Part shown: piece after piece, positions 53,701 through 61,188 of the stretch
Layout: every line of letters starts with the position of its first letter
Position numbering within the stretch: position 1 is the stretch's first letter
Origin: an uncultured Acetobacteraceae bacterium
Lineage (GTDB): Bacteria; Pseudomonadota; Alphaproteobacteria; Acetobacterales; Acetobacteraceae
Direction of reading: 5' to 3'
NCBI GenBank assembly: GCA_964243265.1
Contig: CAXTFY010000001.1
Location: 15,556 to 79,555 of the forward strand
DNA length: 64,000 nucleotides
Notes under the pieces: model-generated
The model's input: only the letters and a program-made list of their open reading frames with translations
Database searches by the model: none
Told to the model about the DNA's origin: nothing
Made by a program: the position numbers and the translations under genes

Positions 53701-55345
53701 CCGGCCGGGCACGAAGCCGCCGGCGATGTGGGCGCCCTCGATGTCGGGCAAATACGTCGCCAGACAGCGCGCGGTGAAGCTGATCGCCCAAAACCGCAAG
53801 GTGGAGTTGGGCATGGGCGTCGGATCGGGCAAGACGGCGATCGCGTTGTCCGCCTTCACGCACCTGCACGCGGCCGGCAAAGCCAAGCGCGCGCTGTTCG
53901 CCGTGCCCTCGATCGTCCAGGGCCAGTTCCACGGGGAGGCTTTGACCCTCTTGGAGGCTGGCAAGTTCAAATGGCACTGCGACCCGGGCGCCAGCCGGGC
54001 GGACCGGATCGCGGCGTACAAGGACCCGGACACCCATTTCAGCGTGGTCACGCATCAGGCCCTACGGGATGACCTGCTGCACCTGGCGGCGAAGCAGGAC
54101 GGCAGCACCTCGGATGCCGTGGTCGCCAAGCTCGGCGCCATGAAGCCGGCCGAACGCCAGGCCTTCATGCGCGGCGTGATGGACGCGGAAGGCATGTCGC
54201 ACGATTTCCTCGGCGTCGATGAAGGGCACTCGCTGCTCAACCGCGCGGGCAAAGAGGATTCGCGCATGGCAACGGTGCTCGATGCCGTCGGGCACGGCAT
54301 GTCCACCCACGTTTCGATGACCGCCGACCCCGTGAAAAACGACGCGACGGAGGCGTTTGACGTGCTCGCCAAGATGGACCCGGTCCGCTACTCCGACCGG
54401 GCGGCCTTCGTGCGGCGGTACGGCGTGGACACCGCGGCCAGCAAGGAAGGACTGCGGCGCGAAATGGCGCGGCACTTCTACACCGGGTCGATCGACCCTG
54501 GCGTGAAGGCCGAGAAGACCGAGGTCAAGGTTGACCTGCACCCAGCCCAGCACGCCCAGCTCCGGACGATCGACGCCGCCGCCAGCAAGGCGCGGCTCGC
54601 GCGCATGAAGGGCGAGGTGGACCTGCCGGCCCTGAAAACGCTGTCCCCGGGATCGTTCGCGGGGGTCGAGGAAGCCAAGCACGCCGAGGTCGCAAAGAAC
54701 CTCAACCGCAGCATCGGCATCCTCGCTAACACCGCGGTTCACCATGCGATCAGCGGTTCGTCCAAGACGGATGCCTTGGCGAAGATCGCCGGCGCACGCA
54801 AGGGCCGGCCGGGGGTGGTGTTCTGTCACCACCTCGATCGAGTGCGGGAGATCGAGGCGCGGCTGAAGGCGGACGGGCACCGGGTCGTCACCCTCACGGG
54901 CGGGGACAGCAGCAAAGAAAAGGACCGCAAGAAAGCCGAATTTCAGGGCGGCCAGCACGACGTCATGGTCATGTCGGACGCCGGCGCCGTCGGCGCCAAC
55001 CTGCAGCGGGGCAAGTGGCTGGCGCAATACGACACGCCCATGACCGCCATGGTCCACGCCCAGCGCAACGGGCGCATACACAGAATGGGGCAGACCGAGG
55101 ACGTGGAGCTGCTGGACCTGGTCGCCGACCACCAGGCGGAGCGGCGGGCGCGCAAGCGGCTGGCGGAGAAGTACGAGCTACGTGGGATTATGACGTCCTC
55201 CCTCGATGGGTTGGACGATACCGGGGTTGCGGGCTACCTCAACCGAGCGCGGACCGGCCAGCAGGAAGCGGCGTTGCCGCTGCACCCGGCCGCCCCGGGG
55301 GAGCTGCCGCCGATCGTGGAGGACGAACAGCGGTCAATGTTCTAG
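50729..55345 (+). CDS. 1538-aa SF2 (DEAD/SNF2-like) helicase-containing polyvalent protein
   Basis: N-terminus 'RILFLAS...GERWITVRPNG..GHPLLIKP'. Long charged coiled region. Helicase motifs 'GVGSGKT' (about 53823), 'VDEGHSLLN' (about 54218) and helicase-C 'GAVGANLQ...QRNGRIHRMGQ'. Confidence 0.8.
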   Translation: MPFSSRILFLASTAPLGKALAAGERWITVRPNGPGTQGHPLLIKPAGDGSMKVIGGAGGSLNHLRLTGVKSEDAYKEEARQRSKSHKEARKRQVEGDKALGLHGTKTVAREAVKEQLRNHERAFVKTVGEALGWKPEAMRFPSEAFANATPEAQDQAAKEHGRKLFEHARAAVDHQRQRLVQDAELRAEAGLGEVPLTAAAPEDLTVQDLSPVDDATKGLGFAPEYDKRAEAAGLTPEERQEEAATFKPAPVKPPAEGEPTPEERRRAKGEAITKELEAIREPGPKVDRHAVVDAKKAVELLRAEKALKAARKSAAGHNKAIDAAKEQVEPAAYPVEVGGAAPDSAITAELEGDLRTLKTRAFLDEVGKVSGGEALGRHIGVGAYNSINALALAAGGAALMDRSAVDVLGIAGSAQVLARRLASDLTPEELQHTQEAMASFHLDHYMPASDKALREARSWHEMAQEIELGEAASGADLAVAQELNAKRREFTAAAERTLGTALGEMEANAALVLALKQPKKEQVQVSLGKVSIESAITRLRALGLERGEYSLEKVGVSTMLVVGGAGMDRLAQPIAREDLARVRDSLDIIEGRRDEADWLPDGVARRPEGAMNVVPGTAARLAQPYQAGSGPDGTRRAVEDYIGGRAADGDSPAEIVASLLSEETLKASGDRRGFMAAVDSLAPLYDGEGKIVRAEAHTATFERLADAFTQRRYGGKLAPIHKQVFPVDQTAVNSLHAALAKHPEGVAAFKPIADLTPQDQGSLRAAFGEEFGRSDPAAEAMRAELDKLAASEPAREVSDMFGTGPNPLHTDWRANRDGLAEKLNAASMTWGKYCEVLGSPANAYRAMQDVVRSKVLREFADGQNRASPDAALKVGRTVIAHDLNHLDALDPVAREKRLAAHRALADSLRNRVAGQYSAGSVSDKLDAERAHEEAFGQSQMGLFGASSPPDAADDAAPEPAKPPALGERYTIGHQAERQVAGMMPIVGSNFRPGTKPPAMWAPSMSGKYVARQRAVKLIAQNRKVELGMGVGSGKTAIALSAFTHLHAAGKAKRALFAVPSIVQGQFHGEALTLLEAGKFKWHCDPGASRADRIAAYKDPDTHFSVVTHQALRDDLLHLAAKQDGSTSDAVVAKLGAMKPAERQAFMRGVMDAEGMSHDFLGVDEGHSLLNRAGKEDSRMATVLDAVGHGMSTHVSMTADPVKNDATEAFDVLAKMDPVRYSDRAAFVRRYGVDTAASKEGLRREMARHFYTGSIDPGVKAEKTEVKVDLHPAQHAQLRTIDAAASKARLARMKGEVDLPALKTLSPGSFAGVEEAKHAEVAKNLNRSIGILANTAVHHAISGSSKTDALAKIAGARKGRPGVVFCHHLDRVREIEARLKADGHRVVTLTGGDSSKEKDRKKAEFQGGQHDVMVMSDAGAVGANLQRGKWLAQYDTPMTAMVHAQRNGRIHRMGQTEDVELLDLVADHQAERRARKRLAEKYELRGIMTSSLDGLDDTGVAGYLNRARTGQQEAALPLHPAAPGELPPIVEDEQRSMF

Positions 55346-55785
55346 CCGTCGTCGGCTTCGTTCGCCCGCGGCGGCCCCTTCCATTTCACCTGGCCATCGG
55401 TGTCCCGGAACCAAAGGTCAGGCCGGCGTTTCAATCGCTCCATGTCGATGTAACGCTGCTTGTCGTCTGGATCATCGAGCAGCACGCCAAGCACGGTGCC
55501 CTTGGGCGGCAGGTCGCATGGCTCCAGATTGTCAGGCGAGACGCCGAACACGCTTTTGTCGAACGGCACGAGGTTAAACTCGCCAGTGACGCCGACGGTC
55601 AAGGTCACGCGCCCATCGTCGCCCTCGCTGAACGATGCGACTGTCACGCGCTCGCCGTTCGGCCGCATCCGGTAGAGGCTCCAGGGATCGAACCGTTCGG
55701 CGACGGCGCGGATGTTGGGCGGGCGCTGGGCCAGCCACTCCTGGAAAGCGGCCAGCTCCGCCGGGGTGGGTTCCTTGTACCTCAC
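55342..55785 (-). CDS. hypothetical protein
   Basis: 147-aa ORF with a strong GGAGGAGG Shine-Dalgarno. Its stop overlaps the convergent 1538-aa gene by 4 nt. Confidence 0.55.
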   Translation of the reverse strand: MRYKEPTPAELAAFQEWLAQRPPNIRAVAERFDPWSLYRMRPNGERVTVASFSEGDDGRVTLTVGVTGEFNLVPFDKSVFGVSPDNLEPCDLPPKGTVLGVLLDDPDDKQRYIDMERLKRRPDLWFRDTDGQVKWKGPPRANEADDG

Positions 55786-55866
55786 TACCTCCTCCGTTTC
55801 TGATTGGCATAGGTCGTCAGCAGCTCCCTTGCGGTCGCGGCCACGCCGGCGTCGAGTGCATCCATC

Positions 55867-56214
55867 TCACGGCGCGGCATCCCCGGCGGGCGGCTCGGCG
55901 TTCGGGGGGGGAGGGGCGCCGCGCGCCTCGGCGCGGGCTATGCTTTCGATCATGTCCGCTGCGACGCGGCTACAACCGGCATCGTAGGCCGCCTTCAGGG
56001 TGCCGCGTATGACGCCGAACAGCACGGGAAACTGAGTGCACTGGCTATCGGGGGCGCCTGGGATGACACCGAAGGCCTTTTCCGCAAGCTCACTCACGAA
56101 AGCCTCCATTTTGCGGTGGGAGGCCTGTTCAAGGGCGCGCATACAAGCGCGTTCGTCAGTGGTTGTCGAGGCATACAGGTCGCGGATCAACCGCTTTTCT
56201 ACGTCGTTTGTCAT
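55867..56214 (-). CDS. hypothetical protein
   Basis: 115-aa ORF with balanced composition. Confidence 0.45.
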   Translation of the reverse strand: MTNDVEKRLIRDLYASTTTDERACMRALEQASHRKMEAFVSELAEKAFGVIPGAPDSQCTQFPVLFGVIRGTLKAAYDAGCSRVAADMIESIARAEARGAPPPPNAEPPAGDAAP

Positions 56215-56512
56215 GCTGCTTCCTTTGGGGAACCGGAGGGTTGGGACTGGCTCGGTCCCGGATGATAAGCCGCTGCGCCGTCTGCATCAGCCAAGCCTTT
56301 TTGGGCGCATCCTGCCGCAACTGCGCCAACGCCGGCTCGGACGCGCGCACGAGGTTCAAGGCCCCGTCGAATTGCAGGATCTCGCCGCATCCCGTGCACA
56401 GCGCGAAATCGTCGGCCGCAGCGGGGTGGTGGGCGTCGCTGACGCGGTCGCCGCCTGGCGTCCGGTGGCCGCAGGCGGGGCAGCCGCGGCCGTGCGTCAC
56501 GAAGGGCATCAT
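56156..56512 (-). CDS. zinc-ribbon protein
   Basis: 'CPACGH...CTGCG' motif. The 3' end overlaps the next gene by 59 nt, so the end is uncertain. Confidence 0.35.
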   Translation of the reverse strand: MMPFVTHGRGCPACGHRTPGGDRVSDAHHPAAADDFALCTGCGEILQFDGALNLVRASEPALAQLRQDAPKKAWLMQTAQRLIIRDRASPNPPVPQRKQHDKRRRKAVDPRPVCLDNH

Positions 56513-56841
56513 GCGGCGCCGCTGGGGGCACGGACCGGTTGCGGCGCGGGCTGGCGCACCGGGTAGGCGTAGAGGCCGCCAATCGCTGCCAGATGCATCA
56601 TGAACAACAGCTTGTCCTTGCGCGGGGTGTCCGCGGCGAGTGCGGTCAGCGAGGGGGCGGTAACGCCGCCGGGCAGGACATCGGCCAGCGTGCTCTTGAT
56701 GCGGCCGGCCAGCTCGTCCAGGTCAGCGTGCGGCATGACGGCATGGGGCAGGCGTGCCGCCATCGCCTCCAGGGTGCTCGGGAACAGGGTAATCTCGAAG
56801 CCATAGAGCCAGAACGCCGGCGGGTGCGCGCCGGCCGTCAT
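56509..56841 (-). CDS. hypothetical protein
   Basis: ATG 56841 in an ATGA overlap with the J-domain gene. 110 aa. Confidence 0.4.
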   Translation of the reverse strand: MTAGAHPPAFWLYGFEITLFPSTLEAMAARLPHAVMPHADLDELAGRIKSTLADVLPGGVTAPSLTALAADTPRKDKLLFMMHLAAIGGLYAYPVRQPAPQPVRAPSGAA

Positions 56842-57515
56842 CGGAAGTAGCCCCGGGCGGCCTGAATCGCGCAGTTCAGTTCGGCCGCGCGCTCCTGGGT
56901 GCCGCCGCGGTCGGGGTGGGCTGCCATCATCAGGCGCTTGTATGCCGCCTCGGCCGCGATCAGGTCGCGCGGGTGGTCGAGGCTTGCGGCCCACCAGAGA
57001 CGGTCGCCCACGTCAGCCGGGGAGGGCAGGGCCAGGAACCCGGCGAACGCCTGTTCGAGGGTGCCGACGCCCCAGCGTTCTTGACCGCGCAGGGCTTCGA
57101 TGTGCGATGCGATGGCGGCGATGTTGCCGGCGACGGTGTCCCAGCGGTCGCAAGACAACACGACCGGCCGGCCGCGCAACCGGAAGTAGCAGGCAACGCC
57201 AGTGTCCCGCGGTTCGCGTGTGTTCGCGCGCGGCGTGCCGTCGATCCGGAGTTCGAGGTTGGTGGACAGTATCGGTTGCTCGCCGCTGACGCGCTCCAGC
57301 TCGGTCGCCAGCCGTGCCCGGGCAGCCCCAAGGGTGATGGCCTGGCTGCGGCCGATGTGGGTTTCGGACATCGTGCGGAACCGCGCGGGCTTGATGCTCG
57401 TCTCCGGCGTCCGGGGCCGGCCAGGCGGCCAGGACAGCGGGTAGGCGGACACGGCTGGGGGGTCTTGCGGGGCGCCGGGCTGGGTCGAGCCGATGGGCTT
57501 GCTGGTGGCGCTCAT
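56838..57515 (-). CDS. J-domain (DnaJ-like) protein
   Basis: C-terminal 'EAAYKRLMMAAHPDRGGTQERAAELNCA' with the HPD tripeptide. N-terminal 'YPLSWPPGRPRT' domain. ORF trimmed to ATG 57515 (ATGA overlap). Confidence 0.7.
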   Translation of the reverse strand: MSATSKPIGSTQPGAPQDPPAVSAYPLSWPPGRPRTPETSIKPARFRTMSETHIGRSQAITLGAARARLATELERVSGEQPILSTNLELRIDGTPRANTREPRDTGVACYFRLRGRPVVLSCDRWDTVAGNIAAIASHIEALRGQERWGVGTLEQAFAGFLALPSPADVGDRLWWAASLDHPRDLIAAEAAYKRLMMAAHPDRGGTQERAAELNCAIQAARGYFR

Positions 57516-57763
57516 CCCTGGGCGTAGGCCGGGGACGGCACGCGGCGCCCGACACGCGGGGCCGGTGGAGGGGGGCCAACGGTTTCGACTGCCAATGCGA
57601 CCTGCTTCACGTAGGCTACCACGCCCGGAGCCGGCGCGCGGCGGCCGTCGCACCAGTCCCGGACTGCCCCGGTGGTCACGCCGAGCCGCCTGGCCATCTC
57701 GGCATTATCCCATCCGGTCCGGTCGGCCAGGCGGGCAAACTCGGTGCTGCCGTCACGCTTCAT
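57512..57763 (-). CDS. Cro/XRE-like HTH protein
   Basis: 'GWDNAEMARRLGVTTGAVRDWCDGRRAP' HTH. 83 aa. Confidence 0.5.
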   Translation of the reverse strand: MKRDGSTEFARLADRTGWDNAEMARRLGVTTGAVRDWCDGRRAPAPGVVAYVKQVALAVETVGPPPPAPRVGRRVPSPAYAQG

Positions 57764-57809
57764 AGCCGGCCGCTCGCGCACATCCAGGCGGGCGTCTCAT
57801 TCGTCAAGG

Positions 57810-58325
57810 TCACGCGCTGCACTCCCTCATCGTCCACGCAAGGCATCGTTCCAGGTCGCCTAGCGCCATGGTGATGTCCCTGTCGATATGGGCGATGGAC
57901 GGCAGCATCCACACCGCCAGCCACGGCAGTTCGGCCGGCGGCTGCGGGTCAGGCTCGCGCCAAAGGCCGATGCGGGCCAGCGATGCCTCGTAGGCACGGT
58001 AAAGATACGCCGCGCGCCGCCAAGCCATCGCCGCGCTTTCCGCACGCCAGCAAGCGACGCACCACACGGCCGGCAGGCTGACCACTTCGGGTTGCGGGAA
58101 CAGGCCGAAGTAGGCAACCCCGGGCAGCGTCTCGCCGAGAGCGCCGTCCAGTGTGTAGCTCCGTAGATACCAGCCGGAAAGGCCTGGCACCGGGCCGAAC
58201 CCCGCGCGGGCCAGCGGCATCAGCAGGCGGACGATCGAGCGGTCCACGTCGCTGCGCGGGGTACGCGCCAGGTGGCCGGTGTTGAGGGTAAGATGGTTCA
58301 GGTGGGTCGTTCGTGGGTCAGTCAT
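57810..58325 (-). CDS. hypothetical protein
   Basis: ORF trimmed to ATG 58325 (MTDPRTTH...). 171 aa. Confidence 0.45.
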   Translation of the reverse strand: MTDPRTTHLNHLTLNTGHLARTPRSDVDRSIVRLLMPLARAGFGPVPGLSGWYLRSYTLDGALGETLPGVAYFGLFPQPEVVSLPAVWCVACWRAESAAMAWRRAAYLYRAYEASLARIGLWREPDPQPPAELPWLAVWMLPSIAHIDRDITMALGDLERCLAWTMRECSA

Positions 58326-58545
58326 GGCGAGCAACATCCTCTGCGATGTGAGCCAAGACATGCGGGCGGATGGCTACTTCGCAGACCTGTGCGGCTACAG
58401 TCCAAACCGCCTCGTCGTTCGCGCTCTGGCCCGTGAAGTCCTGATGCTTGAGGGCGTAGCGGCACGCCTGCTCCGCTCGCTCGATGACAAGGCCGACAAG
58501 GCGTTCCTGTTCGGGCGTCAGCGAGGTCGTTCTAGGCTCAGGCAT
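58318..58545 (-). CDS. hypothetical small protein
   Basis: ATG 58545 (MPEPRTTS...). 8-nt overlaps at both ends. Confidence 0.4.
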   Translation of the reverse strand: MPEPRTTSLTPEQERLVGLVIERAEQACRYALKHQDFTGQSANDEAVWTVAAQVCEVAIRPHVLAHIAEDVARHD

Positions 58546-58783
58546 TCGACGCTCCGCAGGTGCAGCGGCCGGTCGGCAGGCGCATCTGATGGAAGTGGTT
58601 GGCCGGGCATTTGGGTGCGTGATGCAGGTCGTCGAGAGTGAACAAGCCAGCCTCCACCGCAGCACGACGAAGCTGCTCACCCGTCACTGGCCGGTCAAAT
58701 ATGACAGGTCCGCACAACTGGTTGATCGCCAACGCGGCCAGTTGGCGCAGGATAGCCTCGGTCGTTTGGGGGTCACTTGCCAT
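58538..58783 (-). CDS. hypothetical small protein
   Basis: ATG 58783 (MASDPQTTE...). 81 aa. Confidence 0.4.
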   Translation of the reverse strand: MASDPQTTEAILRQLAALAINQLCGPVIFDRPVTGEQLRRAAVEAGLFTLDDLHHAPKCPANHFHQMRLPTGRCTCGASNA

Positions 58784-58928
58784 CCCGCACCTCCACAATC
58801 TCGCATCGGGCTGGTTCGTCATGCAGCCGTTCACAGGGCTGCACATCGCCCCTGCTGAGCCACGTCGCGCCGCACCCCAAACACGCCCAAATGACAGGAG
58901 GCGGGGTAGTTTGGGGGCGGTCTGTCAC
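58773..58928 (-). CDS. hypothetical small Cys protein (51 aa)
   Basis: GTG 58928 in a GTGA overlap (VTDRPQTTP...). 'CLGCG...C...C' motif. Confidence 0.3.
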   Translation of the reverse strand: MTDRPQTTPPPVIWACLGCGATWLSRGDVQPCERLHDEPARCEIVEVRDGK

Positions 58929-59098
58929 GGCGTGTGCCTCTCGCGGTGCGGGTAGCGCGGCATCGACTTCACCACCTTGGCTGCTGTGAGAAGCACGGTG
59001 GCCTCGTCCAACTGCTGCCCCATAATGGCACCGCAATCGCGCACGAACTCAATCGCTCTGGCCATCTTGGCGTCGGTAGTTTGGCGTTGGTCGGTCAC
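58925..59098 (-). CDS. hypothetical small protein (57 aa, below ORF-track cutoff)
   Basis: Hand-translated. GTG 59098 in a GTGA overlap (VTDQRQTTD...). Ends in a GTGA overlap with the next gene. Confidence 0.3.
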   Translation of the reverse strand: MTDQRQTTDAKMARAIEFVRDCGAIMGQQLDEATVLLTAAKVVKSMPRYPHRERHTP

Positions 59099-59343
59099 AG
59101 TGCGAGCCTCCTCGCCATCTCACGAAGACCCTCAACTCCGTCAGGGTAGTCCTCTGCTGAAAACTGGACCGTGTGCGCCTTGGAGAAGTCGCCAGACCAT
59201 TGGTTAGACACGTTGACCGCGCAGACGATGCCGTTCTCCATTGTGGCAATCGCCATGCCGGCGGGAATTGCCGTGTTGACGCGGCATCGGACCATATTTT
59301 CGGTCGGATAGGGACTACTCATCTCTATAGTGGATTGGCTCAT
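59095..59343 (-). CDS. hypothetical protein
   Basis: 82-aa ORF with balanced composition. Confidence 0.45.
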   Translation of the reverse strand: MSQSTIEMSSPYPTENMVRCRVNTAIPAGMAIATMENGIVCAVNVSNQWSGDFSKAHTVQFSAEDYPDGVEGLREMARRLAL

Positions 59344-59636
59344 ACGTCGTGTTCCAGCAGGAGCGGTGCTCCGGGGGATGGCAAGGTGTCGTCCCCAAAC
59401 TCGGCCATGTCTCTAACGCACTCGCCGAACGCTGCCACCAGCTCCAGGTCGGCCGGGTCGCCGGCGCGTTGCGTGGCGTAGGCCCAGCGCACGCGCACGG
59501 CGGCGCACATCACATCCACGTCCTCCATCAGGACGGCGGCGGCATACACCGTGTCTGCCTCGTCGGCCTGGGATTGCTGGACCGGGGGCGGCGGCAGGAG
59601 GATGGGGAGCTGGCGAGCAACGGGGGTGTCGGACAT
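59340..59636 (-). CDS. hypothetical protein
   Basis: ORF trimmed to ATG 59636 (MSDTPVARQ...). 98 aa. Confidence 0.45.
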   Translation of the reverse strand: MSDTPVARQLPILLPPPPVQQSQADEADTVYAAAVLMEDVDVMCAAVRVRWAYATQRAGDPADLELVAAFGECVRDMAEFGDDTLPSPGAPLLLEHDV

Positions 59637-59751
59637 GCGAAGCTGATCCTTCGGTTCGGCGGGGCTATCCCCCGCCTCGCCCCCGGAATGCCACGTCTGG
59701 CGCGGCATTACAAGCCGCGTCGGCGTCCCCGTGCGGCGGACGCCTTCCCGC

Positions 59752-60120
59752 TCACGACGGGCCAGCGGTCCGGCGGATCGGGTAGCGGGCGCCCTCCGGC
59801 ACGGGCACCTCGCCCTCGCCGTCCTGCCATCCGTGGGCGATCTTGTCGCCGAACCTGACTGCGACCAGCTTGGCGGTGCTCTGCTTGCGGGTGTGGGGAT
59901 CGACCACGGCATACCAGGCGCCCACCATCAGGGCCTCCGGCTGCAGGTCCACCCGGAACACCGGCACCACATCGGAGTCCGGCGCCAGCTCGTCCAGCAG
60001 CGTCCAGTTCATGCCAAGGCCTATGGTGGTGGCGACCGCAACGGCGCGGACGCCGTCATACAGGCGCACCACAACCCAGTACTCGCCGTCCTGCGGCTCC
60101 TCGATCGGCGTGTCCGTCAT
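59752..60120 (-). CDS. hypothetical protein
   Basis: ATG 60120 in an ATGA overlap (MTDTPIEEPQ...). 122 aa. Confidence 0.45.
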   Translation of the reverse strand: MTDTPIEEPQDGEYWVVVRLYDGVRAVAVATTIGLGMNWTLLDELAPDSDVVPVFRVDLQPEALMVGAWYAVVDPHTRKQSTAKLVAVRFGDKIAHGWQDGEGEVPVPEGARYPIRRTAGPS

Positions 60121-60581
60121 GCTGCGGCGGTCCCCATGGCGTGTGCGAGCACCGGTAGCACGGCCCGGAACGGCTCGGCGTTGAAGCCGACCATCTCCTC
60201 TGTCATCACCGCGAACAGCACGCGCAGCGCGTCCTGGTTCTGCTGGCCGATTGCGGCCCTGGCGACCTCCATCAGGGGGCGGTCCCATCCGTAGCTGACG
60301 TCGCCGACGATGCGGGACGCCTCCGGGGAGATGCCGAGGCTGCGTAGTTCCCGCAACTGGCGGCCGGGGTGGCGCATGAAGTCATGCAACAGGGTTGCCT
60401 CCACCTGGGGGCGGGTGGCGTCGGGAAACTCTCGGATCAGGCGGCGGGCGCAGCGGTCGAGGAAGCACCATTGCGGTTCCTGGATGGTGCTGTCGTTGTT
60501 CCGAACCTCGCGCGTTTGGTTGACGTGCAGCCGCATGGCGGTGCCCAGCGTCGCGGCATACCAGGGCTGGTCAAGCTGCAT
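60117..60581 (-). CDS. hypothetical protein
   Basis: 154-aa ORF with balanced composition. Confidence 0.5.
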   Translation of the reverse strand: MQLDQPWYAATLGTAMRLHVNQTREVRNNDSTIQEPQWCFLDRCARRLIREFPDATRPQVEATLLHDFMRHPGRQLRELRSLGISPEASRIVGDVSYGWDRPLMEVARAAIGQQNQDALRVLFAVMTEEMVGFNAEPFRAVLPVLAHAMGTAAA

Positions 60582-61122
60582 CGTCGGGTCCTCCTGTGCG
60601 CCGCAGGCTTTCGAGGCCGGCGAAGGGGCCGGTCGCGTGGGTTGTCCACGGCTTTGACCGGTACTCGCCCCGCTTCAGGGCGCCGAATTTGTCGGGGTCG
60701 AGCAGGTCGGCGATGGTGGGGCGCCACCGGTCGCCGGCCCGGCCCATCCAGAGGTCGGACTTGCGCACTTCAAGCATAATCCGCATCCAGCCGAGGCTGC
60801 CGCCCACCGAGCCGATGCGCTGCCGCAGCAGGGCGCGTTGCTCGTCGGTCATTTCTGCCAGGGTTGCGGGGTGCAGCCAACCGTGGGTGCTGGCGATGTG
60901 GTTCCACTCGGCAACGGCGAAATCCTCGACGCTGGGCGGGTGTGGGGACGGCGCCTTGGCGCGGTCGGCCGCGTCCTGCAGCAGCAGGTAGAGGCCATCG
61001 CCGATCGTTTCGACGGCTCGGGCCAGGCCCGGCGGGGTGGCATCGAGCGTCGGCAGGTCGAGCAGGGTGCTCCGGAGCCGCTGCCTCATGTGGTCGATTT
61101 CGTCAAACGTGGCGGCAGGCAT
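60571..61122 (-). CDS. protein sharing the C-terminal domain of the DUF1376 replication protein
   Basis: 'AEWNHIASTHGWLHPATLAEMTDEQRALLRQRI...SDLWMGRAGDRWRPTIADLLDPDKF' aligns with 9130..10326 residues about 255-375. GGAGAA Shine-Dalgarno before ATG 61122. Confidence 0.55.
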   Translation of the reverse strand: MPAATFDEIDHMRQRLRSTLLDLPTLDATPPGLARAVETIGDGLYLLLQDAADRAKAPSPHPPSVEDFAVAEWNHIASTHGWLHPATLAEMTDEQRALLRQRIGSVGGSLGWMRIMLEVRKSDLWMGRAGDRWRPTIADLLDPDKFGALKRGEYRSKPWTTHATGPFAGLESLRRTGGPDDAA

Positions 61123-61188
61123 GGGGGTTCTCCGGTCGGGGCGACCCCACGCATACGCCTGGCGCGTAGGTAGCGCAACGCAATCCGC

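Noticed and set aside
55342-55345. Bidirectional terminator at the convergent junction of the 1538-aa gene and 55342..55785(-)
   Set aside because: The two stop codons overlap (cTAG/CTAg) and there is no stem-loop or T-run. No terminator can be supported from the sequence.
59637-59751. Terminator or sRNA in the 115-bp gap between 59636(-) and 59752(-)
   Set aside because: Short hairpins exist (GGCGTCC...GGACGCC and AATGCC...GGCATT), but none is followed by a U-run on the transcribed strand. The evidence is too weak to call.
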